A stretch of 57,860 nucleotides of DNA, the filler included, from Sphacelaria rigidula (Eukaryota), in the NCBI GenBank assembly GCA_964200075.2. It is 9 parts of 9 records of this genome, joined end to end, with 100 filler letters (N's around TTAATTAATTAA, not from the genome) between each part and the next. Parts side by side here need not be neighbours in the genome. Positions count along the whole stretch, not along the records: positions 45,081 to 51,420 come from CAXNAA020020674.1; positions 51,521 to 57,860 come from CAXNAA020020675.1; 7 more parts are not named here. The stretch is one strand, 5' to 3'. Below the pieces are notes generated by a model that had not been told where the DNA came from, did no database searches, and saw only the letters and a program-made list of their open reading frames with translations. Shown here in pieces: positions 45,800 to 57,832 of the stretch. The number at the start of each line of letters is the position of its first letter. Position 1 is the stretch's first letter. The position numbers and the translations under genes are program-made.

Positions 45800-47350
45800 T
45801 ATCATTTTCTGTTTGGGCGTGTAAGCGCACTGCAAAAGCGACGGCAACGGTGGCTACTACAGCATGAGGAAAACATGGATACATCAGCCTGTCGGAACGG
45901 ATGCATCTGAAATCTGAATACCTGAGCGGTAGGCGTCTCCTCCCGACTTTGCTGTGCCGGCAAGAACTGCTTCTCGCTCAATCTTTCCTCGATTGTCGGC
46001 AAGTCCCACACCGTCAGAAAGTGGGGGCCGAAGATCCCGAGCGAACTACTGGTTATCATCACGTCTTGGCCCGGCACGCTGTGGACGGCATGCACCTGCG
46101 GGGTGATCAACGGGAGCTTACCTTGAAAATGTTCACTATTTTATGTTGAACACGTAACGAGGGCTATGGTGATGGTGCGTAAGCAAGTATCTTCAAACGA
46201 TGTGTAGAAAACTGCTGGCGACTACCGGGTCTTGGCTCCACATACTGTGTTGACGGTGTGTCCGGGGAGATGTAGCATAGTCCTTGAACCTCAACGCTTA
46301 CTGCTTCGATGCAGTGATGATATTGATGGTGGTAACTTCGGAATCGTTCCGGCATACTGTGGGAGGAACAGCTGGGGATCAAAATGTCTTGCCCACGTAG
46401 CTACGAATGGATTGTACTCGGGAGGATGACATTCTGTACATGACGTAGAAATATTCGTGAATGGATCCCATGTGATTCACAGCGGGTCATTTGATGACGC
46501 TCCTTCGGTTTGGTGCGCACAATACACAGGGCGTATGTATGGCGTACCCTAGAGCACATTTACTCACGACAACACACCCAAGGGTAGATTGAACCGGGTT
46601 GCTACGTGGGAATGACTTGTAGGTCTTATCATGACGAAGCCCACACGGCCCTTCTGTGTGTGTCTACCTGGTGTGGCTTGTAGGCCGTGTCGTGGCGGAG
46701 GGACCAGCTTGCTCGAGCAAGTTCGGAGCCTCCCCCTGATTCCACTCGAAACGGTGCTTGATCATCGGCAGAAAGGGGTCCTTGTCCAGTCAGATGCACC
46801 ATCTGGCCAGGACAGTATTGTTGAATGTTAGAAATAAGCAGATTTTGTCTTTCGTGGTGAAATCAGCGGATATTCTTCTCGACCGCTGAATGATTCAACC
46901 AATTCGCGGCCCCGTAAACTCGAGCACGGTGGAGGGACTCTGTAGCCGATCTCCAGGGTTTCATGGTGGATGAGATGTACTGACAGTACGACCACAACGG
47001 TTGAAGGTGAAATCATTGCACAGGTAGCTATCGGTTTAGAGAGTGGCAATCGTTGAAAGTAAATAGCGGAAGCAAAATTGAATATCTAGGCATCCCTATT
47101 TTACACTGGTCAAACGTGGAAACCAACATATAGCAGTGCATCATTTTGGGATGTCACATGAACGTTAACATGTTTCGACCCTACCGCAACCAAATATGCC
47201 TCACATACCGCAATGTTTCAACCGTCTGCCGTACCCCTCCCATGCAAGGTTAGGAGCTTATTCATTCTGAGCTACAGTCCTGACATAAAAACTCCACCGG
47301 GTGTACATAGGCGATCCAACCAAGTGCATTCACGTTCAGAACGCTTCTGC
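45800..47350 (-). pseudogene. Possible heavily degraded Ty3/Gypsy pol relic
   Basis: Only scattered motif echoes in RT-RNaseH-integrase order (ETLRYVRHI, KPIAT, LARW..IKHR, FQMHP). Confidence 0.3.
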
Positions 47351-47994
47351 TCCGACCATGGACCTGGATATGAGGATTACTATGATCCGTAGAACCCGCG
47401 TAAATCGCGGGAGGCTACTTGTTCTCTGAGGAGCCTTCTTCTTCGTTTCCTAACCTCAGATATGTAAGATTGCTTCTTCCAGGAAGCGAACAGACCCACT
47501 GAACCAGTGAGCACTCACTGGTTCAATGAGTCAACAGTTCTTCTCAACACATTACACCGACACTGTCGGTAAACCAATCATATACGACCTTGTCAACTGC
47601 CGCGGTAGTTATGTGCCCTACTGAATTCCACAGACCGTTACACGCAATATATCACCTCGCTCCCTCGGTCGATGAGGCTTAGTTTTTCCACCGGCGCGGA
47701 CAAGTAGCTCACGCTAGCGATCTGTGCATGGTTATCAACGTGACACGTTAGGATTGAAGACCGTTGATCATTGTCCACGTGCCGAGAAAATACCACCACA
47801 GCACGGGGTCAACTCTGCGAGGGTGGGATCAATTTTGACTTTCTTTTCTCGTTTCGGTTTTACTGTCATTCTTGAGCGGATGCTGCGTTAAAATGGCTGA
47901 AGCGTGTTCGCGTATTCTCGCCCCCAATGATGGTATTGAGGCAACCCGACGCGCATATGATGGCAATAGAAGGGTACCGCAATAGCCGTCATGC

Positions 47995-48250
47995 GAGTGA
48001 TGCTACATTAGGGGTGCACACATATTTCTGGGGTTAGAATTGTCAGGAGCCCTTCATCTCATCCAAAACACGACTTATGAAAATGCGCGAGCGTACGCCA
48101 GGGTTACTATTCCAATGTGCTGGGGATATCCCGAATGGATCTGCCAGCGGGGATGCCCTGATCCATATTGTTGTGCGTCTAGAATCGTTAGGAGCCCCTG
48201 AACCAGACACAATTTCGCGAGAAACGTACACCCCTACCGTAGCATTGCTC
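47995..48250. mobile_element. Sola2-like MITE, complete 256-bp copy
   Basis: GAG...CTC ends; 4-bp TSD ATGC (47991-94 and 48251-54). A further right-end fragment lies at 52895-52962. Confidence 0.85.
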
Positions 48251-48469
48251 ATGCCAAGTCCATGCCATGCTGTCGTATCGTAACGTCGCACTCGGGCTTC
48301 ATCTACGGTTGTTGAACTAGGTTTGCACGAAACCCATCGTGACCATGAAACAACTGTAATAGACAACAGCACTATTTTCCCCTAACGTGTGATGGTCATA
48401 TTGGAACCATCGGCTAAACCTAGGGGAGCCGTTTACCCTGGAGTGAGAATGACATTTTTCCCTGCAGTG

Positions 48470-48887
48470 AACACCCGATCTTACAAATTGGGGATGGATC
48501 TATTATTGGGGATGAGAAACCCGGAGAATAAAAATCTTCGTATCCACACCGAATCTTCAAAATATGGTTCCATTTCTTCACCCACTAGTAGCTATTGACA
48601 ACTGCTACACACCAAAGGCATTTGGATTTCGATCACCGAAATGTTGGGGTCCTAGGTGAAAACCCAATTTCGATACCATTTTGGCGTCCGTTCGGACACC
48701 CGAAATTCCCCAGCTTTTCGGTGATCGAAATCCAATTTTTTATGGCGTGTAGCAGTTGTCAATAGCTATCAGTGGGTGAAGAAATGGAACAATATTCCGA
48801 AGATTTGGTGTGGATACGAATATTTTAGTTCTCCGGGTTTCTCATCCCCAGTAAAAAATCAATTCCCAATTTGTAAGATCCCGTGTT
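48470..48887. mobile_element. Foldback MITE, second copy of 40323-40764
   Basis: Colinear, with a small deletion in the right arm; flanked by AGTG on both sides. Confidence 0.9.
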
Positions 48888-49187
48888 AGTGGCAGTTCAC
48901 GCTCGATAAAGACAGACCTATGCAGAATGACCCGAAAGAATGGCCTCCTCACCCCGCCGCCGCGGAGAGTTCCGTTTAATCCGAGATGGGCTGCGACAGG
49001 CTTGAAACAATGCTCGTTTTCGACCGCTCCCTTTCCGTCATGACGTAGCTCCAGCTGCAAAACGAACTGGGGCAGCCGGGTGCGGACAAGTGTGTTGATC
49101 CTGCTTCTTAAGATCCCGCGAACGAGGATGATGCATACAATACCATGAGATGACGGTATTTGATCAAATATCGATGCTCCCGGGGGC

Positions 49188-49454
49188 CGTACTCATTTGT
49201 TGCTTGCCTTAGTCGTTTGACCATGGGCCACGCATTCCTTTCGAGACGGAGCACGGTTCCTACTCCTGATAGAGACACCTTCAACATTCCGGCGCTCGTT
49301 ACGTGTTTTCCATAGCTCATTACGTTTCTTCCGTACATTACACAAAAGCCCTCTACATATCTTATCCTCGTCCTGGTTCGCCGGCTCTGGCCACCATCTA
49401 TCTCCTAGTATAGCCATCGTTTTCTCCCTACTGTATAATGCATCAAACGATTTC
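49188..49454 (-). mobile_element. 5'-truncated LINE with intact 3' end
   Basis: Encodes ...EKTMAILGDRWWP...GVSIRSRNRAPSRKECVAHGQTTKASNK*; G-runs on both flanks. Confidence 0.92.
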
Positions 49455-49665
49455 TTCCGGAGGGGGGGGGATGACATGAGACGGTTCGGTGATAACATTC
49501 TCGCAGTTTTTTTCAGCCGTACGACAGTACTGTATCTAGAACGAATATTTGGAGGGCGTCCTACTACGTTGAGAACGGCGCGTCTGGACGACATGAGAGA
49601 TCTCATTTCAACTTGAGGAGCTGAGGGTGCGTGGTTCAGAATATTGGAAACCTCCGCTGTCTCAC

Positions 49666-49845
49666 CGCAGAGAAATCCTCCCAGCTGACATCACCGTCTC
49701 CTCGCACGTCCATCTGCTTGAACACCTCGTCAACCTTACTAGCTATGCTGCCCCCGTCGGTTCCGTGACCACCTCCTCCGCTACCGCACGACGGAGACAT
49801 GTACAGTTGGTCTTGCCCGATGTGTTTTCGCATCACTCCCAGAAA
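49666..49845 (-). CDS. Internal 180-nt exon encoding an EF-hand
   Basis: Acceptor cgcag| at 49846 and donor |gtgaga at 49665, phase 0-0. FLGVMRKHIG...KVDEVFKQMDVRGDGDVSWEDFSA contains a D-x-x-x-D-G-x-V-x-W-E-D-F loop. Confidence 0.8.
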
Positions 49846-50173
49846 CTGCGAAGCAGAAGCGTATGTGTTCGCACAAGCAAAACGCGAGAAGAAGTTGAAG
49901 GGAGGAAAAGGACTAGGAGTGCAGTGGGAGGACGGACCAAACAATCGGTACAACCGGGTAGACAACACGGGGATAGTATTGATGATGTTCAAAGTAGGAA
50001 CAGGAAATGTTCGAGCATAGAGTAAGTAGGGCAATCTGCAGCAGAGAGGTAGAGTTGATGCGGGATAAGAAAAGGCGTCGTTGGTCAATATAAACGTGAA
50101 GAATCTCGACACTGTCAAGCCGGTTGTGTCAAGGGCACTTGGGCTCCGTTTCTCAGGCACCATAGCACCTCCC

Positions 50174-50510
50174 GCTCTCCTCATAGCGCTGCTAGGGGAA
50201 CGAAATGGTGGCCATCTTGCAGCGTCTTTCTCCAATGTACGCACCGCCAACACTCAAGTCAACTCCCTATGGCTTTTCGAGCGGTAACGAGGCCACAAGA
50301 ATGATACGCAAGTTGCATCACGGCAACATGCGTAGCAACCGCTCTCCTCCCCTAGCGCTGCTAGGGGAACGAAATGGTGGCCATCTTGCAGCATCTGTCT
50401 CCAATGTACGCACCGTCAACACTCAAGTCAACTCCCTATGGCTTTTCGAGCGGTAACGAGGCTACAAGAACGATACGCAAGTGACATCACGGCAACATGC
50501 GTAGCAACTC
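50174..50510. repeat. 169-bp tandem duplication x2, high identity
   Basis: gctaggggaacgaaatggtggccatcttgcagc at 50191 and 50360. Confidence 0.9.
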
Positions 50511-51126
50511 CCCGCATTATGCCCCTCCCTTCGCCTCAGCTGTCTTTGACCGATATTTGAACCTGGAACGAGTCTGCTAGGTTTTGTGCCACAATTGGTT
50601 GCTCGTTTGGATTGTCGGACACCACTTGCCAGGGCACCGAACGCACGGTGCATCGAAGACGTTTGTTCACCAGGAAGTCTTTGTACTTCGTATTCCGGTA
50701 TCCACAATCTGTGTGCTTTTGAGTTGTCCTGGTGGCCGCACCCGCGAATCCGTTTGTTTTGCATGGTTTCATGCATGGCACATCGCCTCGATATGTTGCA
50801 AGTGGGAGGGTCCGCACGATAACAAGATGCGATCAAGTAGACGAAAATGTTCAGACGCCTCCCCGAATGCAGTATCTGTCCTGTTGGTGGCGGGTGTATC
50901 CATGTTGTGTGAACATGTATAACAATCGCTCAACAGCTATGTCATGGATGAACAATGAGCTAGACGAGAAGCAAGGCAGGAGCTTCGCTTAAGGTACGTG
51001 TTTGTTTGCTAGGACAGCTGAGTGTCACTTGCTTTGGCGTTGAGCGCCCATATATGTCCTTCTCTTGACGTTTGACGAATGTACAATGGACACAAGACAA
51101 GCCAGGTGAGGAATAAGGCAGGCCCT

Positions 51127-51270
51127 GTGACACTTTCTGCGATAGCCCCCCCCAAAAGCAGCCAAAAGGTGTCACGAAGAAAATGGTCATACAGCGCCTG
51201 ATGTTTGGTTTCAGGCTGCATGAAGTCCCTCATATGAGCGACATTGGCGAAAATGAAGCCAAGCGTGAGA
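51127..51270. repeat. Dispersed repeat fragment, unclassified
   Basis: Reverse complement of 25761-25900. Confidence 0.75.
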
Positions 51271-51357
51271 AATCTGAGTTGCTCTTTGTCCTCGGCTTTT
51301 TTCATGCCGATTTTGCACGTAGATTTTGCCTTCCCAAACCAACCGCTTTATGGGGGG

Positions 51358-51420
51358 CGTTCTCATGTGTTGCTTGCCTTAGCCGTCTGACCATTGACCA
51401 CGCATCCCTTTCGAGACGGA
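51358..51420 (-). mobile_element. LINE 3' terminus (cut by spacer)
   Basis: gggggg-cgttctcatgtgttgcttgccttag...gaccacgcatccctttcgagacgga. Confidence 0.85.
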
Positions 51421-51904
51421 NNNNNNNNNNNNNNNNNNNNNNNNNNNNNNNNNNNNNNNNNNNNTTAATTAATTAANNNNNNNNNNNNNNNNNNNNNNNN
51501 NNNNNNNNNNNNNNNNNNNNAACACAAGAGCACACGGAGCCGCGAGCCCCACTACCCCTGCCGACAAGTATAGCATATTACTTTATAACCGGGGTCGTAG
51601 ATACCGGTGAGACGTGAGGGAAATAACAGCTTCGGTCAGCGCTGTTAGCTCACAGTATGATGCGCTGACAAAGTATCTACTACGCGATCGAGGGGTATTG
51701 GACGACAAAAAAGTCATTGGGCACCATCGATGCAAGTGTGGGGAGAGCTCTGCGTCGGATTTGAACGTCATTTTGTAGAACTCTCTGTGAAACGACGGCT
51801 TGTGTCAGACGCGCGCCGAACGCACCTCTTGTTGTGTGCAAAAACTTAAAAAGAGATGAGCTGGGCCTTTATCATATTTTGATTTTCACTTAGAATTTGC
51901 CTCC

Positions 51905-52225
51905 CCAGAACCTTCTGGAGGTTGAGTAGGGGGGTTCGATGCCCGCAGCGACCTGGAATCTTTTCTCACACCATGCTCAACAATGGAGAGCGACTATGTC
52001 GTGGGTAAACAAAATTCGACCTAACGGTTGACGAGGGAAAGGGACTGCTGAACCTCTCTCGCGAAAAAATACAAAGGCAAGCGCCGCGGAAGGAAGGTGG
52101 GGTAATAAAAACAAATAAAAAAAGCTCCTGTGTTGACCTTCGTCCTGTGTGACCCCGGCTGATGCGACCACATATACCGAAAGGTGTAGACTGGTGCCCA
52201 GAATAAATGGGGCGACACACACACA
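51905..52225 (+). mobile_element. SINE-2 copy with short (CA)n tail
   Basis: B-box-like ggttcgatgcc, body gacgagggaaagggactgctgaacc, ending in acacacacaca. Confidence 0.85.
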
Positions 52226-52419
52226 GAATCAAGCACTTTTCGAGGGGGGGCTGTCGCAACATCGCTCAGGGATGTTCTGTGTTGGACGAAGGGCCTCAGG
52301 TAAAACCGTTGCATTTGCTCAGCAGAGTTTACTCGTGTTCTTCTCTAAATCAACCATACATGGTTGAGACATAGACTGTACACTAGTACGTTCTTGCCTA
52401 GTGGTTGGGGCAGGTCTGT

Positions 52420-52420
<1 letters not shown>

Positions 52421-52481
<61 letters not shown>

Positions 52482-52645
52482 GTCATCCCATCTATGCTGG
52501 ACGCCGGTCTACACCTTTCGGTAAATGTGGGCGCACCAGCCGGGGTTACACTGGAGGAAGGTCATCACGGGAGTCTTTTTTGTTGTAGTACTCCACCATC
52601 CTTCTGCGGTGCTTGCCTTTGTTTTTTATCGCGGGAGGGTTTCCC
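52421..52645 (-). mobile_element. SINE-2 3' fragment with a (CA)30 tail [(GT)30 at 52421-52480]
   Basis: gtctacacctttcggta.atgtgg and ccttctgcggtgcttgccttt are the reverse complement of ~52070-52215. Confidence 0.85.
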
Positions 52646-52776
52646 CTCTCTGTGGTGATCTTTCAGTATTATTCTGATCCTGGGCGACGGAAAAGTTGCA
52701 TTCATCGTTGATATTCATGGAATATTGTCACACAACAGTAGCACCTCGTGGCTCCTCTGCTCCCTCTACACGACCA

Positions 52777-52865
52777 CCACAGACCTGCACCAACCACCAG
52801 GTCAACCATGCATGGTTGACACATAGGCGGTACGTTCTTGCCGGGTGGTTGGTGCAGGTCTATAG
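52777..52865. mobile_element. Small (~90-bp) inverted-repeat element; partial copy at 52350-52420
   Basis: agacctgcaccaaccacc...ggtggttggtgcaggtct; internal caaccat.catggttga is shared with ~52351. Confidence 0.6.
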
Positions 52866-53232
52866 CGGTTAAGTCAAGGTTCAGTAGTAGTATAAATCGT
52901 TAGGAGCCCCTGAACTAGACATAATTTCGCGAAAAAAGTGCACCCCTACCGTAGCATTGCTCGAAAGGGGGGCCACTGTTGCTACATGTTCCACACGGGA
53001 AGCACCGCATAATTTGATAGTTCATGGCGTGATGTCATCGGACGTGTTATCTGACGGTGCAGCCTTGTTGCATTCATTGTTTCCAGCACTTTTCCACCTT
53101 GAATCGAAACATGCAGCGAGCGCACGACCTCATACACTGTTTTTGGTATCTGCGTTTTTATTTGGCCGGGATGTTGACGCTGGCACCGGCGGCCGCCAAA
53201 AAGCAGACCATGTGCACCATGAAAAGTTTCAC

Positions 53233-54430
53233 CACATAAGTCTTGAAATGTTGTGGTAGTAAACAGCCATGAAAAACAACAACACGACGAGTGGCATGTG
53301 CCGCAATCCGGCAACTCCAATCGCCGGTGGCCGCAATCACTCCGTACCCCAGTCCCGCCCGAGTTACAAGAAAAAACAAAATTGAATCCAAAATAGATAA
53401 CGGCGTGCGGCCGTGCCGCCCCGGTCGGTGTGCTCAAGGGCATTTGTGACACCGAGCAAAATATAATCATTCTCCAAAATGAAGAAAAAAATTAAGAAAG
53501 AATAGGAAACACAATCAGCCGCCGGCAGCACGCGGCGGCAAACACACCTTGTTGCCATACCCGCCCCACCACCGTCACCAACCCCCCCCCGGGGATTACA
53601 CACACAGAATCGGTGACAGTCACGCCGTGTGACGGAAATCCACGCGGCGATAGTCACAAAAGCAGCCAACATCGCACGGCCGTTACCACATCACGGGAGA
53701 GAGACAATCTCAATCGACCGCCGATAAGTCACTACCCACGGGCGTGCCGCTCCCGCTCCTGTTGCGGACAATATGTCGATACAACCCGGGTGCGGTTTTA
53801 CCGGATAATACACAATCGGCCGCCGCGAGTCGACGCCGGCGACCGCACCCGTCGGCATACCGGCATTGTTTCTATCGCCAACGGGGAAAGAAAGAACACA
53901 TCATATCAGCGGCGGACATGTTTCCTAGTGGTCGCCTGCAAACATTGCTTGCTTGCGTGCAGGACGCACCCTTCACTCTCGAAAGCAGCACATAAGAGTT
54001 CAAATGTTGTGGTAATAAACGGCCGTGATAAACAACAACACGACGAGTGGAACGTGCGGCAGGCCAACAACTTCAATCGCCGGTAGCCACAATCACTCTG
54101 CAACCCAGTCCCGCCCGACTCACAAAAAAAAAATGAAACTAAGATACATAACAACGTGCGGCCGTGCCGCCCCAGTGCACTCAACGGTATTTACGACATC
54201 GAACACAATATAATCACCCTCAAAAATGAAGGGAAAAATATGAAAGACACAATCGGCCGCCGACAGCACGCAGCGGCGATCACACATTCTTGGCATACCC
54301 GCTCCACCACGGTCACCAAACCCTCCAAAAACAATGTACCCAAAACTGGCGACAGTCACGCCGTGTTACGGAAATCCACGCCGTTATAGTCACAAAAGCA
54401 GTCAACACCGTAAGGTCGTTACCACATCAT
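53233..54430. repeat. Two diverged ~450-bp direct repeats (53233-53695 and 53989-54430)
   Basis: aaatgttgtggta.taaac, aacaacaacacgacgagtgg, cgtgcggccgtgccgcccc and gacagtcacgccgtgt.acggaaatccacgc occur in both, offset ~735-756 bp. Confidence 0.85.
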
Positions 54431-54599
54431 AAAAGCAGCCGGTACACTCCATACCCGTACGCATGTCCCGACACGCCATCAGCCTGTGTTGGACCCCAAG
54501 ACCCGACCGGCGGCTACGGCGCCCCCCCCCACAACTGCCGCGGCGCTCCCGCCTCCAGGCTCATGCCTGCGCACCTTTTTTCGTGATTTCGGCCATCAG

Positions 54600-56600
54600 T
54601 TATTCCTCTTGGATGAAATATGTTGTCTCGCCAGCTTGTGCAGGTAGTCATCGAATGTGTCGCAATTCTCGTTTTTGCTGCTTGCCGCCATGCCCGGTCG
54701 GTTCCTCCTCCGCGGTGCAAAAGTCGACGCAGTCATTCGTCTGCACGCCAAGAACGGAAGCAGTGGCAAACAGGCGCGTGCCGCTTCGGTAATTTTCCCA
54801 CGAGAAAACGGCGATCAATCCTAGTTGCCATTACCAGCCGAAAAACTGTCAAGCACATCAACTTGTCCAGTCTCCAATCATAGAGTTTTAGTGTAAATAA
54901 TATGATCACATGCCAGTTCAACACGTGCCCACGCGAGCACTGGGTACCGCTATGATTTTTAGGCGTCATCGCGAGCGACCACGCGCGAATACATTGGCCC
55001 CAAATACTGCATATTTCGTTTAGTTGTCATCTATCGCGATTTGAACCTTTCCCTTCATCGGTAGGACTCCCCGACATGAAATAATGAGCCAATCTCATCC
55101 CGGTACACAGGACAGCGTTAGAAAAAAAACGCCACCAGCAACGCAGTGTTTGGTTATCGCCGTCAACACTCCGTGTCGCAGGCACCGCTGGATGCCGAGC
55201 TATACTCCGCGGTAGGTGATCTCTTCGCTATCCTGAGCCCGTTTGCGACAAATAATGAACATAATGTTCGAACAGGGATGATACAACTCCTTGTAACATG
55301 AGAAACTTCAGCGATATTCGATAACAGGGGTGTGCGAATCGTGCCCGGTTGTCCAACACCAAGTACAAATCCGGAGAGATTCATATGACCAAATTTTACG
55401 GCATCGAATCTCATTTCTTTGAGAGACCCGGATTCCTTGAAAATCAGGGGAACTCCAATTCGCGACCTCAGAATCAGGGGAACCGTTGCATGGCACAGAC
55501 AGTAGCACAGATTTGTGAAACAGTTCTGTGCGCAGACCATCGTTTTTGGCATGAGAGCACGTGGGCGGCGAATATTCCTTCGAGTACAGTGTCGTACCGT
55601 TGTGCCCTAGGGTAATGCAGTGCAGGACACTCCATCAGTACAGTACATGATAATACCGTGTAGTATAATAGTACATCATGGCACAGTCGGTATTGCGAGC
55701 GCAGTGAACAAACGGTGTACGCGAAGAGTTCAGTACTGCAGTGCCATACATCACCCTGCAAGCACAGGGACAACAGAGTAGGAGAGTACAGCACCGTTCA
55801 TAATAGTGATACATTTGGCAGCGCCGTGCAGCACAAAATATTGCCATTGGCGCAGGACACAGCGTCAACACTTATTACTCGCTTCTCAAACCCCGAGCGA
55901 AGCTGCCCCAACAGGTGGCGCGGGCAGGCACCCCCTGCGCTGTCACGATACTGCCTCTTGCTGCGGTGCAGAAATACCAAACCCTCGTACCCTACCATTG
56001 TACGCCAATGCAAGCATGTCACCTAAAAAAAGTCGGGGGAAGTAACGATCTCGGAGAACTTTCACCCGTTTTCTTCCGAATAATCGGGGGAACTCGTTCG
56101 GAGATCGTGACACCCCAATTTTTTCTCCCCCGATTTGGTCAAAATCGGGGCCCATAAAAGGCGTTGCCGGATCCCCCCCCCCCGATGTAAAAAAAAAAAG
56201 TCGAGATTGGTCACTGCCATAAAAGATGAACTTACATATTTCACGATGAGATCAATGGCCTCCGGGGGGAACATGATGTCGAAAAATGAGAGTACGAGAT
56301 CCTCCACGGTCCATTCGACCACGGCTTTATACCCCGCGCGGTCCACCTTCGGCAGGCGCTCCAGGGTTTTCTCCGATAGGGTGAACTCCGCGCTCCGACG
56401 CCGCCCCGCTTCGCGCTTGGGACATGTCTCGTCTACTCTCAACCCCTCTGTGGTCCACTCCGCCGAACCCACACCATCGAAATCGCCATCAGTGTCCACG
56501 CTCCCGTCGCCGTCATCGTCGTCACGTTCGTCGTCGGAGTCGCCCTGGTGGTGGCGGATAACGCGTGTGTCACGCACATGGGGGAGAGAGAAAGAGAATA
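54600..56600 (-). pseudogene. Degraded piggyBac-family transposase, intron-containing and interrupted by another TE end
   Basis: Acidic N-terminus, then LSFFDIMFPPEAIDLIVKY|gtaagt (~56235). LKEMRFDAVK at ~55400; GQVDVLDSF, RLFATASVLGVQTN and FDDYLHKLARQ at ~54630-54870. Order matches piggyBac DDD transposases. Confidence 0.6.
55965..56220. mobile_element. DNA-transposon end fragment (family of 29735-29975)
   Basis: Colinear homology over ~250 bp. Confidence 0.7.
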
Positions 56601-57832
56601 TCGATGATGGACTGTCCAACATTCGCGACAGAGTGCATCGTAACTGTACTCCCACCGCGCGCGATGGAAACCCAACTCGTGCTGTATAGTCCACATATAC
56701 GCGCAAGTCATATACAGTGCACATTGCAAAGCTGCAGGCGGCCCAAGCCTTTTTCACGTCGCATTGGAAGCAAAGAGAACGGGCGGTCCCGCGCTATCTG
56801 TACTTCATGTGGCCCTCACCTGTTTCACATCGTACTGCACGAAGCACGCACACACACGCACGCACACACTGAAGGCACGGTGCATGCAGATAGTGCGGAC
56901 GACACAGGCCCCCGGTAATGCACACAAGCGAATGAAACTATTCACGAATTTCGCTGTCTTTCTGCGATCGCAACCTCGGCTTGCCCGTATTATGCTATCA
57001 AAATTTCTGACATAATTCCACCTTAGCGTAAATATCATAGCGTTTCAGGAGTTAGCATACAGCAGATCCGTGCCGATTCAGTTTGTTTGCCCCAGCCTGC
57101 ACGCACCCGCCCTGAGTGTCTTGCCCCGATCACAGCACCCGACTATAACTGAAGTACCAGAGAAGACGCAGTAGACGGTTTTCCCAACATTTCTTGGTTT
57201 GGACAGCACTTCGATCCCACCCCGAATCTGTGCAGACCGTTTGACTCGAGACGAAACAGCGAACACGCCATGGAGGTTTCAACAAAATGTTGAGAGCACT
57301 GCGTGCCGGTATTACACTATTCTTCATCGAGACGAACGGAATGACAATATAAAGCAACTCAGCCATTCCCGGCGGGGATCAAACCGTCTCCACGAAGGCC
57401 TGAAGACGCCACAGCGCAACGACAGCTACAGCACACTAGACAGAGCATGATAGTGTTTGCGCTGCAGCACAGTGATACAGGACATGTCCCATTCGATAGT
57501 TCTTTCCCCGATCGCGGGTTGGTCCTCGATGTTGCCGAGTGGCGATTTTCAAACGCTCGGCCACGATCGCGCTTCGCGCGAAAACGTTTCACTTCACTTT
57601 GAGTTACCCCTATCTGTGGGAGATGAGTTGAAATGCTGGCCTGCTGCAATGTTTTGGGCGAAACACTCTTTTCTCACCGACGACCGCATGTCTGAAATAC
57701 GTGAGTGCTGTGGAACTAGTCATTCGCCGATACTGATCACAGTGTAAAATTGCCAGTCTGATCGATGCTAGCATAACCAGTAAAGGTCTGAACATCACCA
57801 TCCACACCACAAGAGTAGCGTGGTGGGGGGGG

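Noticed and set aside
56135..56689. 184-aa + strand ORF
   Set aside because: Antisense shadow of the piggyBac N-terminal region.
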